Notes under the pieces: model-generated
Database searches by the model: none
Seen by the model: only the letters and a program-made list of their open reading frames with translations
What the model was told of the DNA's origin: nothing
Translations under genes and position numbers: made by a program
Shown here: positions 34,727 to 43,658 of the stretch, one piece after another
Layout of the letters: the number at the start of each line of letters is the position of its first letter
Position numbering within the stretch: position 1 is the stretch's first letter
IMG/VR virus record: IMGVR_UViG_3300025141_000022
Coordinates: 1-64,000 of that record
Reading direction: 5' to 3' (one strand)
Source of the DNA: a virus
Length of the DNA: 64,000 bases

Positions 34727-34755
34727 TTGACAGTCGCCTATAAATGGGATATAAT
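34727..34755 (+). promoter_or_regulatory. Consensus sigma70 promoter
   Basis: TTGACA, 17 bp, TATAAT. Confidence 0.75.
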
Positions 34756-34777
34756 ATAACCAAATATAGGAGAAAAA

Positions 34778-35293
34778 TTGAATATCTTTGCATTAGAAGG
34801 AAAAGACAATACCATAGATTGGGTAGCATCTGCAAAATCACAAGACAATTATCGTGTTGTTAAAATGATATTAGAGTCATGTCAAATGCTCTGTACAGCA
34901 ATTAACGAATTGTCTGGCGATCACGTTGCCCCATATCGTTCAACCCATAAACACCATCCAAGTACGAAGTGGGTTATGGCTTCATCTGCAAATTTTGAAG
35001 CTCTGGTTGAACACACGGAAGCGATGTTACAAGAATATACCGAACGTTTCAACAAGGTACATAAATGTGCCTCTGTGTTGGTAAAGTGTATAGACTTGTA
35101 TGATCCGAATCTATTTCCTCAAAGCAAGCCAACGAAATTGCCGTTAGCTATGCCGTATGAATTTCATAGTGATGATATCATAGAATCATATCGCAAGTTC
35201 TATGCTTCAAAACCAAGAATCAGGTATCCTGAAAATAAGATTCCATCATGGTTTGTACAATATCGCGGAAATAAAAAATATCAAGTGGTGTAA
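34778..35293 (+). CDS. Pyrimidine-dimer DNA glycosylase-like phage protein
   Basis: MNIF.L, VVKMILESCQML, THKHHP, YR.FY. Confidence 0.7.
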   Translation: MNIFALEGKDNTIDWVASAKSQDNYRVVKMILESCQMLCTAINELSGDHVAPYRSTHKHHPSTKWVMASSANFEALVEHTEAMLQEYTERFNKVHKCASVLVKCIDLYDPNLFPQSKPTKLPLAMPYEFHSDDIIESYRKFYASKPRIRYPENKIPSWFVQYRGNKKYQVV

Positions 35294-35814
35294 TGCGAGA
35301 TAAAACAAGAAAAGAAAGGTATGATAACAAAAAAAGACTGGCTAAAACTTATCCTATTGGCCTCTGCTGTGTTAATTTCAAGTATGACGGTAACTTCGCT
35401 TATCTTATCAGAGCCGCCGCATGTTTTGGGGCTGATACAATTCATGTTATAGGTTCTACACCACCGAGAGCGGTACTGAATCCGCTTTCAGGAAGTTTAT
35501 ACGATTATGTCAAAATTAAAGAATACAGTTCGCCAATGGCTTTTCTCGATTATACTAGAGACAACCAGACTAGATTGGTGGCTGCGGAAATATGTCAAGG
35601 TGCAGAGCCCATTGCGTCTTATCATTTCGATTTCCGCAGCCCTACTGTTTTGGTGGTGGGTCACGAAGAATTAGGAATCCCAGTAGAGATTCTAAAGAAC
35701 AGTGATAAGGTATATATTCCTATGCCTGGAATTGGGTATTGCTTAAATACTTCTCAAGCAGCAAATATAATGTTGTATGAAGCCACCAAACGATTTGAAC
35801 AGCAAGCGAGGTAA
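35293..35814 (+). CDS. SpoU/TrmH-family (SPOUT) RNA 2'-O-methyltransferase
   Basis: R.AACFG, VGHEELG, IPMPG..LN.SQA. Confidence 0.85.
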   Translation: MRDKTRKERYDNKKRLAKTYPIGLCCVNFKYDGNFAYLIRAAACFGADTIHVIGSTPPRAVLNPLSGSLYDYVKIKEYSSPMAFLDYTRDNQTRLVAAEICQGAEPIASYHFDFRSPTVLVVGHEELGIPVEILKNSDKVYIPMPGIGYCLNTSQAANIMLYEATKRFEQQAR

Positions 35815-35815
35815 T

Positions 35816-36010
35816 ATGGACACTAGAGATTTATGGGAAGAACACATAAACGGTTTGACGAAACAGGTTGCATATCTGTTACACAAAGTAAAAGAAATGG
35901 AAGAGAGGGCCCAGTATTTTGAAGAGGTGGTGATAACATTGATTACTGCTTTGAAAAATGCTGGCGTTATTGTGGACGATGAGTCTGGCGACAACCAAAT
36001 GCCATCGTAG
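35816..36010 (+). CDS. Small coiled-coil protein whose stop codon lies inside tRNA-Thr
   Basis: GAGGT RBS; final ATG CCA TCG TAG overlaps tRNA bases 1-10. Confidence 0.65.
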   Translation: MDTRDLWEEHINGLTKQVAYLLHKVKEMEERAQYFEEVVITLITALKNAGVIVDDESGDNQMPS

Positions 36011-36076
36011 CTCAGTTGGTAGAGCAGCTGATTTGTAATCAGCCGGTCGTAGGTTCGAATCCTATCGATGGCTCCA
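36001..36076 (+). tRNA. tRNA-Thr(UGU)
   Basis: Cloverleaf, loop TTTGTAA, CCA. Confidence 0.95.
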
Positions 36077-36129
36077 CAATCTATATTTTGTGCTTTAAGT
36101 TTTTTTAATATCTATTTATACTTAGAATA

Positions 36130-36378
36130 ATGGAACTGATTGTAGGAATATTCTTTGGCTTCTTCTTTGGGTTGTGTGTAGGGCTTCTATACGAGAACCA
36201 GAGAAAAAAACGAGTTAGCGAGCTAAGCCAAAAGCAAGAATTGTATCTTTATATGAAAGAACTTGAATTACAAAAGATGCTATATGATATGGAACATGAG
36301 CAAGTGACACAAGAACCAATTAAAGATAATGTGTTACCATTTAAAAATGTTTCTGACACCGATAAAAAACGTAAATAA
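36130..36378 (+). CDS. Membrane-anchored coiled-coil protein
   Basis: N-terminal transmembrane helix. Confidence 0.6.
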   Translation: MELIVGIFFGFFFGLCVGLLYENQRKKRVSELSQKQELYLYMKELELQKMLYDMEHEQVTQEPIKDNVLPFKNVSDTDKKRK

Positions 36379-36393
36379 AAAATAGGAGCTAAA

Positions 36394-36732
36394 ATGCGAA
36401 ATCATATAAATTTTCCCGTCTCTGAGCTTAAAGAAAAGCTATTAGAGGAGTTGGAACAGTGGCGTTCAGACGCCCTATTGATTCCAAAGGGGACAACTGT
36501 ATGTAGAAATAAGTGGGGCCACAATAACTTTGGCTATCCTAGAGAAGCGGAACCTGTCAAATTAGGAAAGGACATACATGCTAAAAAACTATCCTGGGTA
36601 GGAGGTTCAACTGATTGGATTCCATATCAGATTAAAGATGATGCACCATGTCTCAAACAAGAGGTAGACGAGCTTACTAATGAACCAAAAGTAATAGTTA
36701 TTGGCAATGTTATGTGGGTAAAGAAAGAATAA
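36394..36732 (+). CDS. Hypothetical protein
   Basis: AGGAG RBS. Confidence 0.65.
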   Translation: MRNHINFPVSELKEKLLEELEQWRSDALLIPKGTTVCRNKWGHNNFGYPREAEPVKLGKDIHAKKLSWVGGSTDWIPYQIKDDAPCLKQEVDELTNEPKVIVIGNVMWVKKE

Positions 36733-36774
36733 TATTCTATTCACACTATTTATTTACAAGACCAAGAAGTACTA

Positions 36775-38109
36775 ATGGCAAAAAAAACATACGTCCTAGA
36801 TACTAGCGTTTATCTAACAGACCACAATTCAATTTATAGTTATAAGAACAACGATATCATTGTGCCCTTAAAGGTACTTGAAGAGATCGATGCGCATAAA
36901 AAAAGACAAGACAGCGTTGGCACAAATGCACGCTCAATTATAAGAACCTTGGACTCCTTGCGCGAACGAGGGAATCTCTGCCACGGTGTGAGATTAGGAA
37001 AAGGTCGCGGCATCGTCAGTGTGTGTAAAGGTAAAACTAGCTTACTCCCAGCAGACTTAAATTCTTCTCACCCAGATCATGTTATAATCTCTACTGCTTT
37101 AGCAGCTAAGGAAGAGAATCCATCACGAAAAATAATTGTCGTCACCCGCGATATAAACATGCGAGTCATTTGCGATTCACTATCGCTGGAGTGTGAAGAT
37201 TATATACACTCTCAGGCTGTAGAACAAGTTGAAAATGTATATAGCGGATTTGCTGAACATTTGGTGGATGATCCAATTATCGATCAGTTTTATGAAGGCG
37301 AAAAAATATACATTGAAGGCAACTTTTATCCTAACCAATTTGTTATGCTCATATCCAATGCCAATGAGAAAAAAACGGCATTAGCTAGATATATGGGCTC
37401 TGATAGAGCATTGCTTCAAGCCGGCTTTTATAAAGAGGGAGTCTGGGGTATAAACCCAAGAAATAAAGAACAAGTGTTTGCAATGGACTTGTTGATGGAC
37501 CAAAGTGTGAACGTAATCACTCTAGTTGGTCAAGCAGGCTCCGGTAAGACGCTCTGTGCCATTGCTGCTGGCTTGCAGCAGACATTACAGGCACCAAGTG
37601 GTAATAACAAGCGGAACGCCTTAGAACCGAAATATAAGCGCTTAATCGTATCCCGACCAGTTCAGCCTCTTGGCAGAGACATTGGGTTCTTGCCCGGCTC
37701 AATGGAGGAGAAGATGTCTCCTTGGTTGCGGCCCATTCAAGATAACCTTCAGTTTCTTATGGGAAATGACAGAGAAACACTCGAAATGTATATGAGTAAG
37801 GGCGTAATTGATATTGAGGCGCTAACTTATATTAGGGGTCGTTCTATTTCGAATGCATTTATTATTATTGATGAAGCGCAGAACTTAACAAGTCACGAAC
37901 TTAAGACTATAGTTACACGAGTTGGTGAAAATACAAAAATTGTTTTTACTGGTGACATTGAGCAAATAGATAATGTCTATATTGATGAAACGACGAATGG
38001 CCTAACAAACGCGGTAGAGAAATTTAAACATTATGATCTATCTGGCCATATTACGCTTATTAAAGGCGAGCGTTCCAAGGTAGCGACCTTGGGCGCAAAA
38101 ATATTATAA
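36775..38109 (+). CDS. phoH: PIN plus PhoH family protein
   Basis: YVLDTSV (PIN), GQAGSGKT, IGFLPG, YIRGRS, DEAQN. Confidence 0.92.
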   Translation: MAKKTYVLDTSVYLTDHNSIYSYKNNDIIVPLKVLEEIDAHKKRQDSVGTNARSIIRTLDSLRERGNLCHGVRLGKGRGIVSVCKGKTSLLPADLNSSHPDHVIISTALAAKEENPSRKIIVVTRDINMRVICDSLSLECEDYIHSQAVEQVENVYSGFAEHLVDDPIIDQFYEGEKIYIEGNFYPNQFVMLISNANEKKTALARYMGSDRALLQAGFYKEGVWGINPRNKEQVFAMDLLMDQSVNVITLVGQAGSGKTLCAIAAGLQQTLQAPSGNNKRNALEPKYKRLIVSRPVQPLGRDIGFLPGSMEEKMSPWLRPIQDNLQFLMGNDRETLEMYMSKGVIDIEALTYIRGRSISNAFIIIDEAQNLTSHELKTIVTRVGENTKIVFTGDIEQIDNVYIDETTNGLTNAVEKFKHYDLSGHITLIKGERSKVATLGAKIL

Positions 38110-38116
38110 AAAAAAC

Positions 38117-38145
38117 TTGACATAACCATGTAGTATGGTTATACT
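38117..38145 (+). promoter_or_regulatory. Sigma70-type promoter
   Basis: TTGACA, 17 bp, TATACT. Confidence 0.7.
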
Positions 38146-38163
38146 AAGATTGGAGTATACACT

Positions 38164-38448
38164 ATGGAACAAAATCCTGACTTAACCAAAGCAATTGAGA
38201 AAGACTCGCCAATTAAAGAATGGCTAGTTGATTATGTTGGACAAGAGCACGATCCAGAAGATGGTGACGTAACTGTAGAAATGATTATCGATACCATGGC
38301 AAATGAGTTTCCAGAATTCTTGATGGTCTTGGCCGAGGAGAACTGGATCCGAGGATATCAACAGGCCATGTTTGATATTGATGACGCTGAAAAAGAAATT
38401 GCAAAGTTAGAGCATCAAAATGAATTAACCAATGACACAAAATCCTGA
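38164..38448 (+). CDS. Hypothetical protein
   Basis: GGAG RBS, 94 aa. Confidence 0.7.
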   Translation: MEQNPDLTKAIEKDSPIKEWLVDYVGQEHDPEDGDVTVEMIIDTMANEFPEFLMVLAEENWIRGYQQAMFDIDDAEKEIAKLEHQNELTNDTKS

Positions 38449-39154
38449 CACAAGAACACATCTAGAAGAGTATTTAAAAGAGAGCACTGAACGAAATATG
38501 TCTGAGCGAAAAGAATATTCTCTATATAACCGTATGCCGGTATATGTAAAAGACGCTCTTCCGCAAAAGGTAAGTTTGGTGAGCGTTATTCAAAAAATTG
38601 AAGATTTCATTCCGGTCCATCTATTATCTCATCTAGAAATGATTATAGTAGCACACTTACCAGAATTTGATGAAAGGGATATTACGGCAGTATTTAAGGA
38701 CGGTGCTATATATGTTTCGAATCAGCAGGAAGATGAGCAAGAGTTGTTTGAAGATATGGTTCATGAGATTGCCCACGCTGTAGAACATGCTTACCCGCAA
38801 GATATATATGCTGACGGAAAAATAGAGGGAGAGTTTTTAGTTAAACGCAGAACGCTATATCAGACACTAAAAACAAACAATTATTTAAATGATAAGGTGA
38901 TTGCAAAACATTTTTTCGATGTGGAATATTCACAAAAGCTAGATATGTTTTTCTATAGGGATGTTGGGTACGATGCATTGAGCATGTTAACTGTTGGTTT
39001 ATTTGTGTCACCATATGGCGCCACGTCCCTTAGAGAATACTTCGCAAATGGATTTGAAGAATACTTTACTGGCGAACCACACAATCTAAAGAAAATATCG
39101 CCACAACTCTATATAAAGTTTCAGAATTTGGTAGAAAAAGGAGAGATGTACTAA
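38432..39154 (+). CDS. HExxH zincin-like protein
   Basis: VHEIAHAVE, EYFANGFE. Confidence 0.65.
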   Translation: MTQNPDTRTHLEEYLKESTERNMSERKEYSLYNRMPVYVKDALPQKVSLVSVIQKIEDFIPVHLLSHLEMIIVAHLPEFDERDITAVFKDGAIYVSNQQEDEQELFEDMVHEIAHAVEHAYPQDIYADGKIEGEFLVKRRTLYQTLKTNNYLNDKVIAKHFFDVEYSQKLDMFFYRDVGYDALSMLTVGLFVSPYGATSLREYFANGFEEYFTGEPHNLKKISPQLYIKFQNLVEKGEMY

Positions 39155-39155
39155 A

Positions 39156-39443
39156 ATGAAATATACAATTAAAAAGAATGCTAAAAAGAAGACAGTCGAA
39201 CTGCACATGAAGTGTGAACTAGTATCTGGTTCACGTTATGCTAGTAAGCAAAAATACCGTACAGAAGATGCATGTCGAATCTTAGAAGAAAATGGAATAA
39301 CGGTGGGCGCATGTTTACAGAAGGCCACTGTTAGTAATTGGTACGAGGATAGAACCGAGGGCACTTGGGTGTTTGAAATGAAGGGTGCTTCAGCGCCGAA
39401 GACCGCCCCTAAAGCCACTACAACTACAACTGCACAAAAATAG
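39156..39443 (+). CDS. Hypothetical protein
   Basis: 95-aa ORF. Confidence 0.65.
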   Translation: MKYTIKKNAKKKTVELHMKCELVSGSRYASKQKYRTEDACRILEENGITVGACLQKATVSNWYEDRTEGTWVFEMKGASAPKTAPKATTTTTAQK

Positions 39444-39452
39444 AGGTGTTAT

Positions 39453-40235
39453 GTGCCACATATATCATTTTCAGAATTAAAGAATTGGTGTCAGTGTCCC
39501 TTTTATCATAAAATTGTAAATCTTGATAAAATTAGAATATTCAAAGGAAATGAGTATACTGCGTTTGGAACAGCAATCCACGATGTATGCGAAAATCATT
39601 TGTTGGGAAAAAACGATATCAATTCTGAAAAAACATTAGATTTTTTTGAATTAAGGTTCGCTGAAGAATTAAAAAAACTGCCAAAAGATGTTATTCTTAG
39701 GGAAAGTCTGATAAATCAGATGCGCCCACAGGGGAGAGAGATAATTCCTCACATAGAACCAGCACTAAAAGAATATTTCAATTCTTATGAGACTGTTTCA
39801 ACGGAAGAGTCGATCATGATCCCAATTGATGACACTGAATATAATTTCAAAGGATTTATAGACGCTGTTATAAAGACTTCGGACGGCATATATCATATTA
39901 TAGATTGGAAAACGTGCTCTTGGGGTTGGGATAACAGAAAAAAGAATGACGCGATTACAACATATCAGTTAACTTTGTATAAGTACTTTTATGCGAAAAA
40001 GCACAATATAAGTCTTGATAAGATTGAAACACACTTTGCGCTTCTTAAGCGCACGGGAAAGAAGAATAGGGTTGAGCTTTTTAGAGTATCAAGTGGCAAG
40101 AGAAAAGTTGATAATGCTATCAAATTAGTAAACAAGGCTATCACCAACATCGAAAAAAAGAGATATATTAAAAATCGTTTAGCTTGCACATCTGGATATG
40201 GATGCCCGCTCTATAAAACAGAACACTGCCCATAA
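39453..40235 (+). CDS. PD-(D/E)XK (RecB/Cas4-like) exonuclease
   Basis: GTAIH, GFIDAV, IIDWKT, QLTLY, C-terminal Cys cluster. Confidence 0.85.
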   Translation: MPHISFSELKNWCQCPFYHKIVNLDKIRIFKGNEYTAFGTAIHDVCENHLLGKNDINSEKTLDFFELRFAEELKKLPKDVILRESLINQMRPQGREIIPHIEPALKEYFNSYETVSTEESIMIPIDDTEYNFKGFIDAVIKTSDGIYHIIDWKTCSWGWDNRKKNDAITTYQLTLYKYFYAKKHNISLDKIETHFALLKRTGKKNRVELFRVSSGKRKVDNAIKLVNKAITNIEKKRYIKNRLACTSGYGCPLYKTEHCP

Positions 40236-40249
40236 GGAAAATTAAAAAC

Positions 40250-41521
40250 ATGAATGAAGAACAAAGAATAAAGATCCTAACCTTATCGGATCATCCGTTA
40301 TCACCATCAGGTGTTGGAACACAGACAAGGTATATGATTGAAGGACTGCTCGATACTAACAAGTATGATGTGATATCCCTTGGAGGCGCGATTAAGCACA
40401 ATGACTACACGCCACAAAAGACAGACAAGTACGGAGATCACTGGAGGATATTCCCAGTTGATAATTACGGTACTCAAGAGCATGTTCGCCAAATACTTAG
40501 AGCCGAACGCCCTGATATTATCTGGTTCATGACCGATCCAAGATTCTGGCCATGGCTGTGGGATATCGAAAACGAAATCAGGCCGATGGTGCCGCTGGTA
40601 TATTATCATGTTTGGGACAACTTTCCACCGCCTAGGTTCAACCAGCATTTTTATGAATCTAATGATGTGATCGTTACTATTTCTAAAGTGACAGATGAAA
40701 TAGTAAAACAGGTGGCGCCCAATGTTAAGCGTATTCATCTGCCCCATGCAGTCACCGCTGATGTATTTAAACCCTTTCCAGAAGAAGAAATTCAAAGGAT
40801 TAAGGGTCTTAGTCTTGCAGATCATCCTCAACATGAGGGCAAACTTATGTTCTTTTGGAACAATAGAAACGCCAGAAGAAAGCAGAGTGGTACACTTATT
40901 TGGTGGTTTAAGGAATGGTTAGATAAGGTAGGCCATGATAAGGCTTATTTGATTATGCACACCGATCCTAAAGATCCAAATGGGCAAGACTTACAGGTAA
41001 TTATTAAAGAGCTAGGGTTGTCTGAAGGGCAGGTTCTATTGTCTACGGCAAAATACCCACCACAAGAATTGGCCGCGATGTATAATATGGCTGATTGTAC
41101 TATCAATATTTCTGATGCAGAAGGATTTGGGTTGGCCACATTAGAATCTCTATCATGTGGAACTCCAATTATTGTTAATATGACCGGCGGCCTACAGGAG
41201 CAAGTAACCAATGGTAAAGACTGGTTTGGAATTGGAATTGAACCTTCATCTAAAGCAATTATTGGTTCTCAGGCGGTGCCTTGGATTTATGAGGATAGGG
41301 TTTCAAAAGAGGACTTCCTCAAGGCACTTGATGATATTTATGCGATGTCTGATGAAGAGCGTAAAGCTTTAGGCGCCGCCGGCCGTAAGCATGTTTTAAA
41401 AAATTACGGTTTTGAGAAATACCAAAAAGAATGGGATAAGATTATGTCGGACATACACGAACAAAACGGTTCTTGGAAAACAAGAAAAAATTATAAAAGT
41501 TGGGAGCATTTGGAATTTTAA
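40250..41521 (+). CDS. Glycosyltransferase, GT-B/GT4-like
   Basis: EGFGLATLESLSCG (EX7E). Confidence 0.85.
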   Translation: MNEEQRIKILTLSDHPLSPSGVGTQTRYMIEGLLDTNKYDVISLGGAIKHNDYTPQKTDKYGDHWRIFPVDNYGTQEHVRQILRAERPDIIWFMTDPRFWPWLWDIENEIRPMVPLVYYHVWDNFPPPRFNQHFYESNDVIVTISKVTDEIVKQVAPNVKRIHLPHAVTADVFKPFPEEEIQRIKGLSLADHPQHEGKLMFFWNNRNARRKQSGTLIWWFKEWLDKVGHDKAYLIMHTDPKDPNGQDLQVIIKELGLSEGQVLLSTAKYPPQELAAMYNMADCTINISDAEGFGLATLESLSCGTPIIVNMTGGLQEQVTNGKDWFGIGIEPSSKAIIGSQAVPWIYEDRVSKEDFLKALDDIYAMSDEERKALGAAGRKHVLKNYGFEKYQKEWDKIMSDIHEQNGSWKTRKNYKSWEHLEF

Positions 41522-42787
41522 ATGAGAAAGCGTATATTAGTTAGAGGCCCAGCCCTGTCCTTATCAGGCTACGGAGAACAAACAAGGTTTGCTCTCAGAT
41601 CGTTAAAAGCTTACGAAGAGTTATTCGATATTTACCTTCAAGTGATTCCATGGGGCCGCACAGGCTGGATTTGGAATGATAATGAAGAAAGGGAATGGAT
41701 GGATTCTCTTCTACAGAAGACGGCGATATATCAGGCACAAGGTGGTCAATTTGATATGTCTTTGCAAATTACAATTCCTAATGAGTGGGAAAAGCTAGCA
41801 CCAGTAAACGTTGGTTATACAGCAGGAATTGAGACAGATAGAATTGCTGCTCAATGGATTGAAAAGAGTGCATTAATGGATCGAATAATCGTGATATCAA
41901 ATCACTCTAAGCATGGTTTTGACAATACAACTTATATTGCCGAGCACCCGAATGGACAGAAAACCCCCTTTAAGTGTACGACTCCTGTAACGGTTGTGAA
42001 CTATCCAGTGCGAGAGTATGAGGCCGCACCAATGAAGTTAAAGTTGAAGCATGATTTTAACTTTCTAGCTGTAGCTCAATGGAGTCCTCGCAAGAATATT
42101 GAAAATTTAGTAAGATGGTGGGTAGAAGAATTCATTGATCAAGAGGTGGGTCTGGTATTAAAGACATTTAGATTAAACACATCGCACGGCGATAAGATGT
42201 TTAGCAAACACATGATAGAAACACTGTTGGCTGAATACCCCGACCGTAAATGTTCTGTAAACCTTATTCATGGCTCGCTAACCGACGAGGAGATGACAGC
42301 ACTGTATCAGCATCCGAAGATTAAAGCCTTTATAACATTGGCCCACGGAGAAGGTTTCGGCCTGCCAATCTTTGAGGCAGCCTACAATGGCATGCCCGTA
42401 ATTGCTCCAGCATGGAGTGGTCAATGCGACTTTCTCTATGCTCCAGTTAAGAGGGGTAAGCAAAAGAAGGCTAAGGTTCGTCCACTTTTCGCTAGAGTAG
42501 AATACACTATTAATCAAGTACAGCCAGAGGTTGTTTGGGATGGAGTACTGACAAAAGATTCTATGTGGTGTTACCCAGAACAGGGCAGCTACAAGATGAA
42601 GCTAAGAGATGTGTACAAGAATTATTCTAGGTACAAGGGCGATGCTAAAAAGCTACAAAAATATGTTTCAGAACGATTTTCAGCAACCAATCAATACAAA
42701 GCATTTGCTGACGCTGTATATGGCGAGAAGATCGATGTTCAGACATGGTTTGAGCAGTTAAGTGAAGACGTGGTGAATTATGACTAA
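41522..42787 (+). CDS. Glycosyltransferase, GT-B/GT4-like
   Basis: RKN, EGFGLPIFEAA. Confidence 0.85.
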   Translation: MRKRILVRGPALSLSGYGEQTRFALRSLKAYEELFDIYLQVIPWGRTGWIWNDNEEREWMDSLLQKTAIYQAQGGQFDMSLQITIPNEWEKLAPVNVGYTAGIETDRIAAQWIEKSALMDRIIVISNHSKHGFDNTTYIAEHPNGQKTPFKCTTPVTVVNYPVREYEAAPMKLKLKHDFNFLAVAQWSPRKNIENLVRWWVEEFIDQEVGLVLKTFRLNTSHGDKMFSKHMIETLLAEYPDRKCSVNLIHGSLTDEEMTALYQHPKIKAFITLAHGEGFGLPIFEAAYNGMPVIAPAWSGQCDFLYAPVKRGKQKKAKVRPLFARVEYTINQVQPEVVWDGVLTKDSMWCYPEQGSYKMKLRDVYKNYSRYKGDAKKLQKYVSERFSATNQYKAFADAVYGEKIDVQTWFEQLSEDVVNYD

Positions 42788-43658
42788 AAAGTTTGTATTT
42801 ATCGCAGACTTCTTTTCTGATGAAGTACCCGGCGGTGGAGAATTAAACAACGATGAATTGGCCAACCTTTTAATTGAGCGCGGCCATTATGTTCTTAAAT
42901 TGAAGAGCCAAAACGTAAATTTTCCTATGCTGTCTGCTATAGAGTCGGATGGGATTCCTGCTAATTTTATTATTAGCAATTTTATTAATCTTTCCGAAGA
43001 AGCAAAAAGGTTTTTTTATGGCGCACCAATGGCGTCGATGCGACCAAGGTATGTTATCTATGAGCACGATCACAAGTATTTGCAGAATAGAAACCCAGCA
43101 CTTTATGATAATTATGTTGCTCCGAAATCTCACATTGTCAATAGGCCATTTTATGAAGGAGCCAAAGCAATCATTTGTCAATCAGAATTCCATGCTAAAA
43201 TTGTAAAAGCTAATTTGGGATTGGATAACATCATTAATATTGGGGGCAATTTATGGTCAGAAGCCGTGCTTGAAGTATGTACAATTTTGGCAGATCGAGA
43301 TAAGCATCCGATGGCCTCCATAATGGGATCCGACATAGAACACAAAAACACGCACGAAGCAATTGCATATTGCAAGTATCACGGAAATGATTACCGAGTT
43401 ATAAAGCCATGTCCTCACATAGAATTTCTGGATAAATTAGGCTCAAATATGCAATTAGTTTTTCTGCCAAAAACACCAGAAACTTTGTCTAGAATCGTGG
43501 TAGAGGCCAGAATGATGGGCATGGCTATTGCTACAAATGGCAATGTTGGAGCCTGTGGTGAGCCATGGTTTAAACTTAGAGGCAAAGAACTGATTGAAGA
43601 AGTTCGCACTTGGCGTCAAACAATTCCCGACAGAGTTGAAGAAATATTTAATGGCTAA
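42780..43658 (+). CDS. Glycosyltransferase-like protein
   Basis: GGGE, ETLSRIVVEARMMG. Confidence 0.7.
   Translation: MTKKFVFIADFFSDEVPGGGELNNDELANLLIERGHYVLKLKSQNVNFPMLSAIESDGIPANFIISNFINLSEEAKRFFYGAPMASMRPRYVIYEHDHKYLQNRNPALYDNYVAPKSHIVNRPFYEGAKAIICQSEFHAKIVKANLGLDNIINIGGNLWSEAVLEVCTILADRDKHPMASIMGSDIEHKNTHEAIAYCKYHGNDYRVIKPCPHIEFLDKLGSNMQLVFLPKTPETLSRIVVEARMMGMAIATNGNVGACGEPWFKLRGKELIEEVRTWRQTIPDRVEEIFNG

Noticed and set aside
39453-40235. Cas4 / CRISPR adaptation gene
   Set aside because: Stand-alone PD-(D/E)XK nucleases are common in phages; no cas1, cas2 or array is present in the window.
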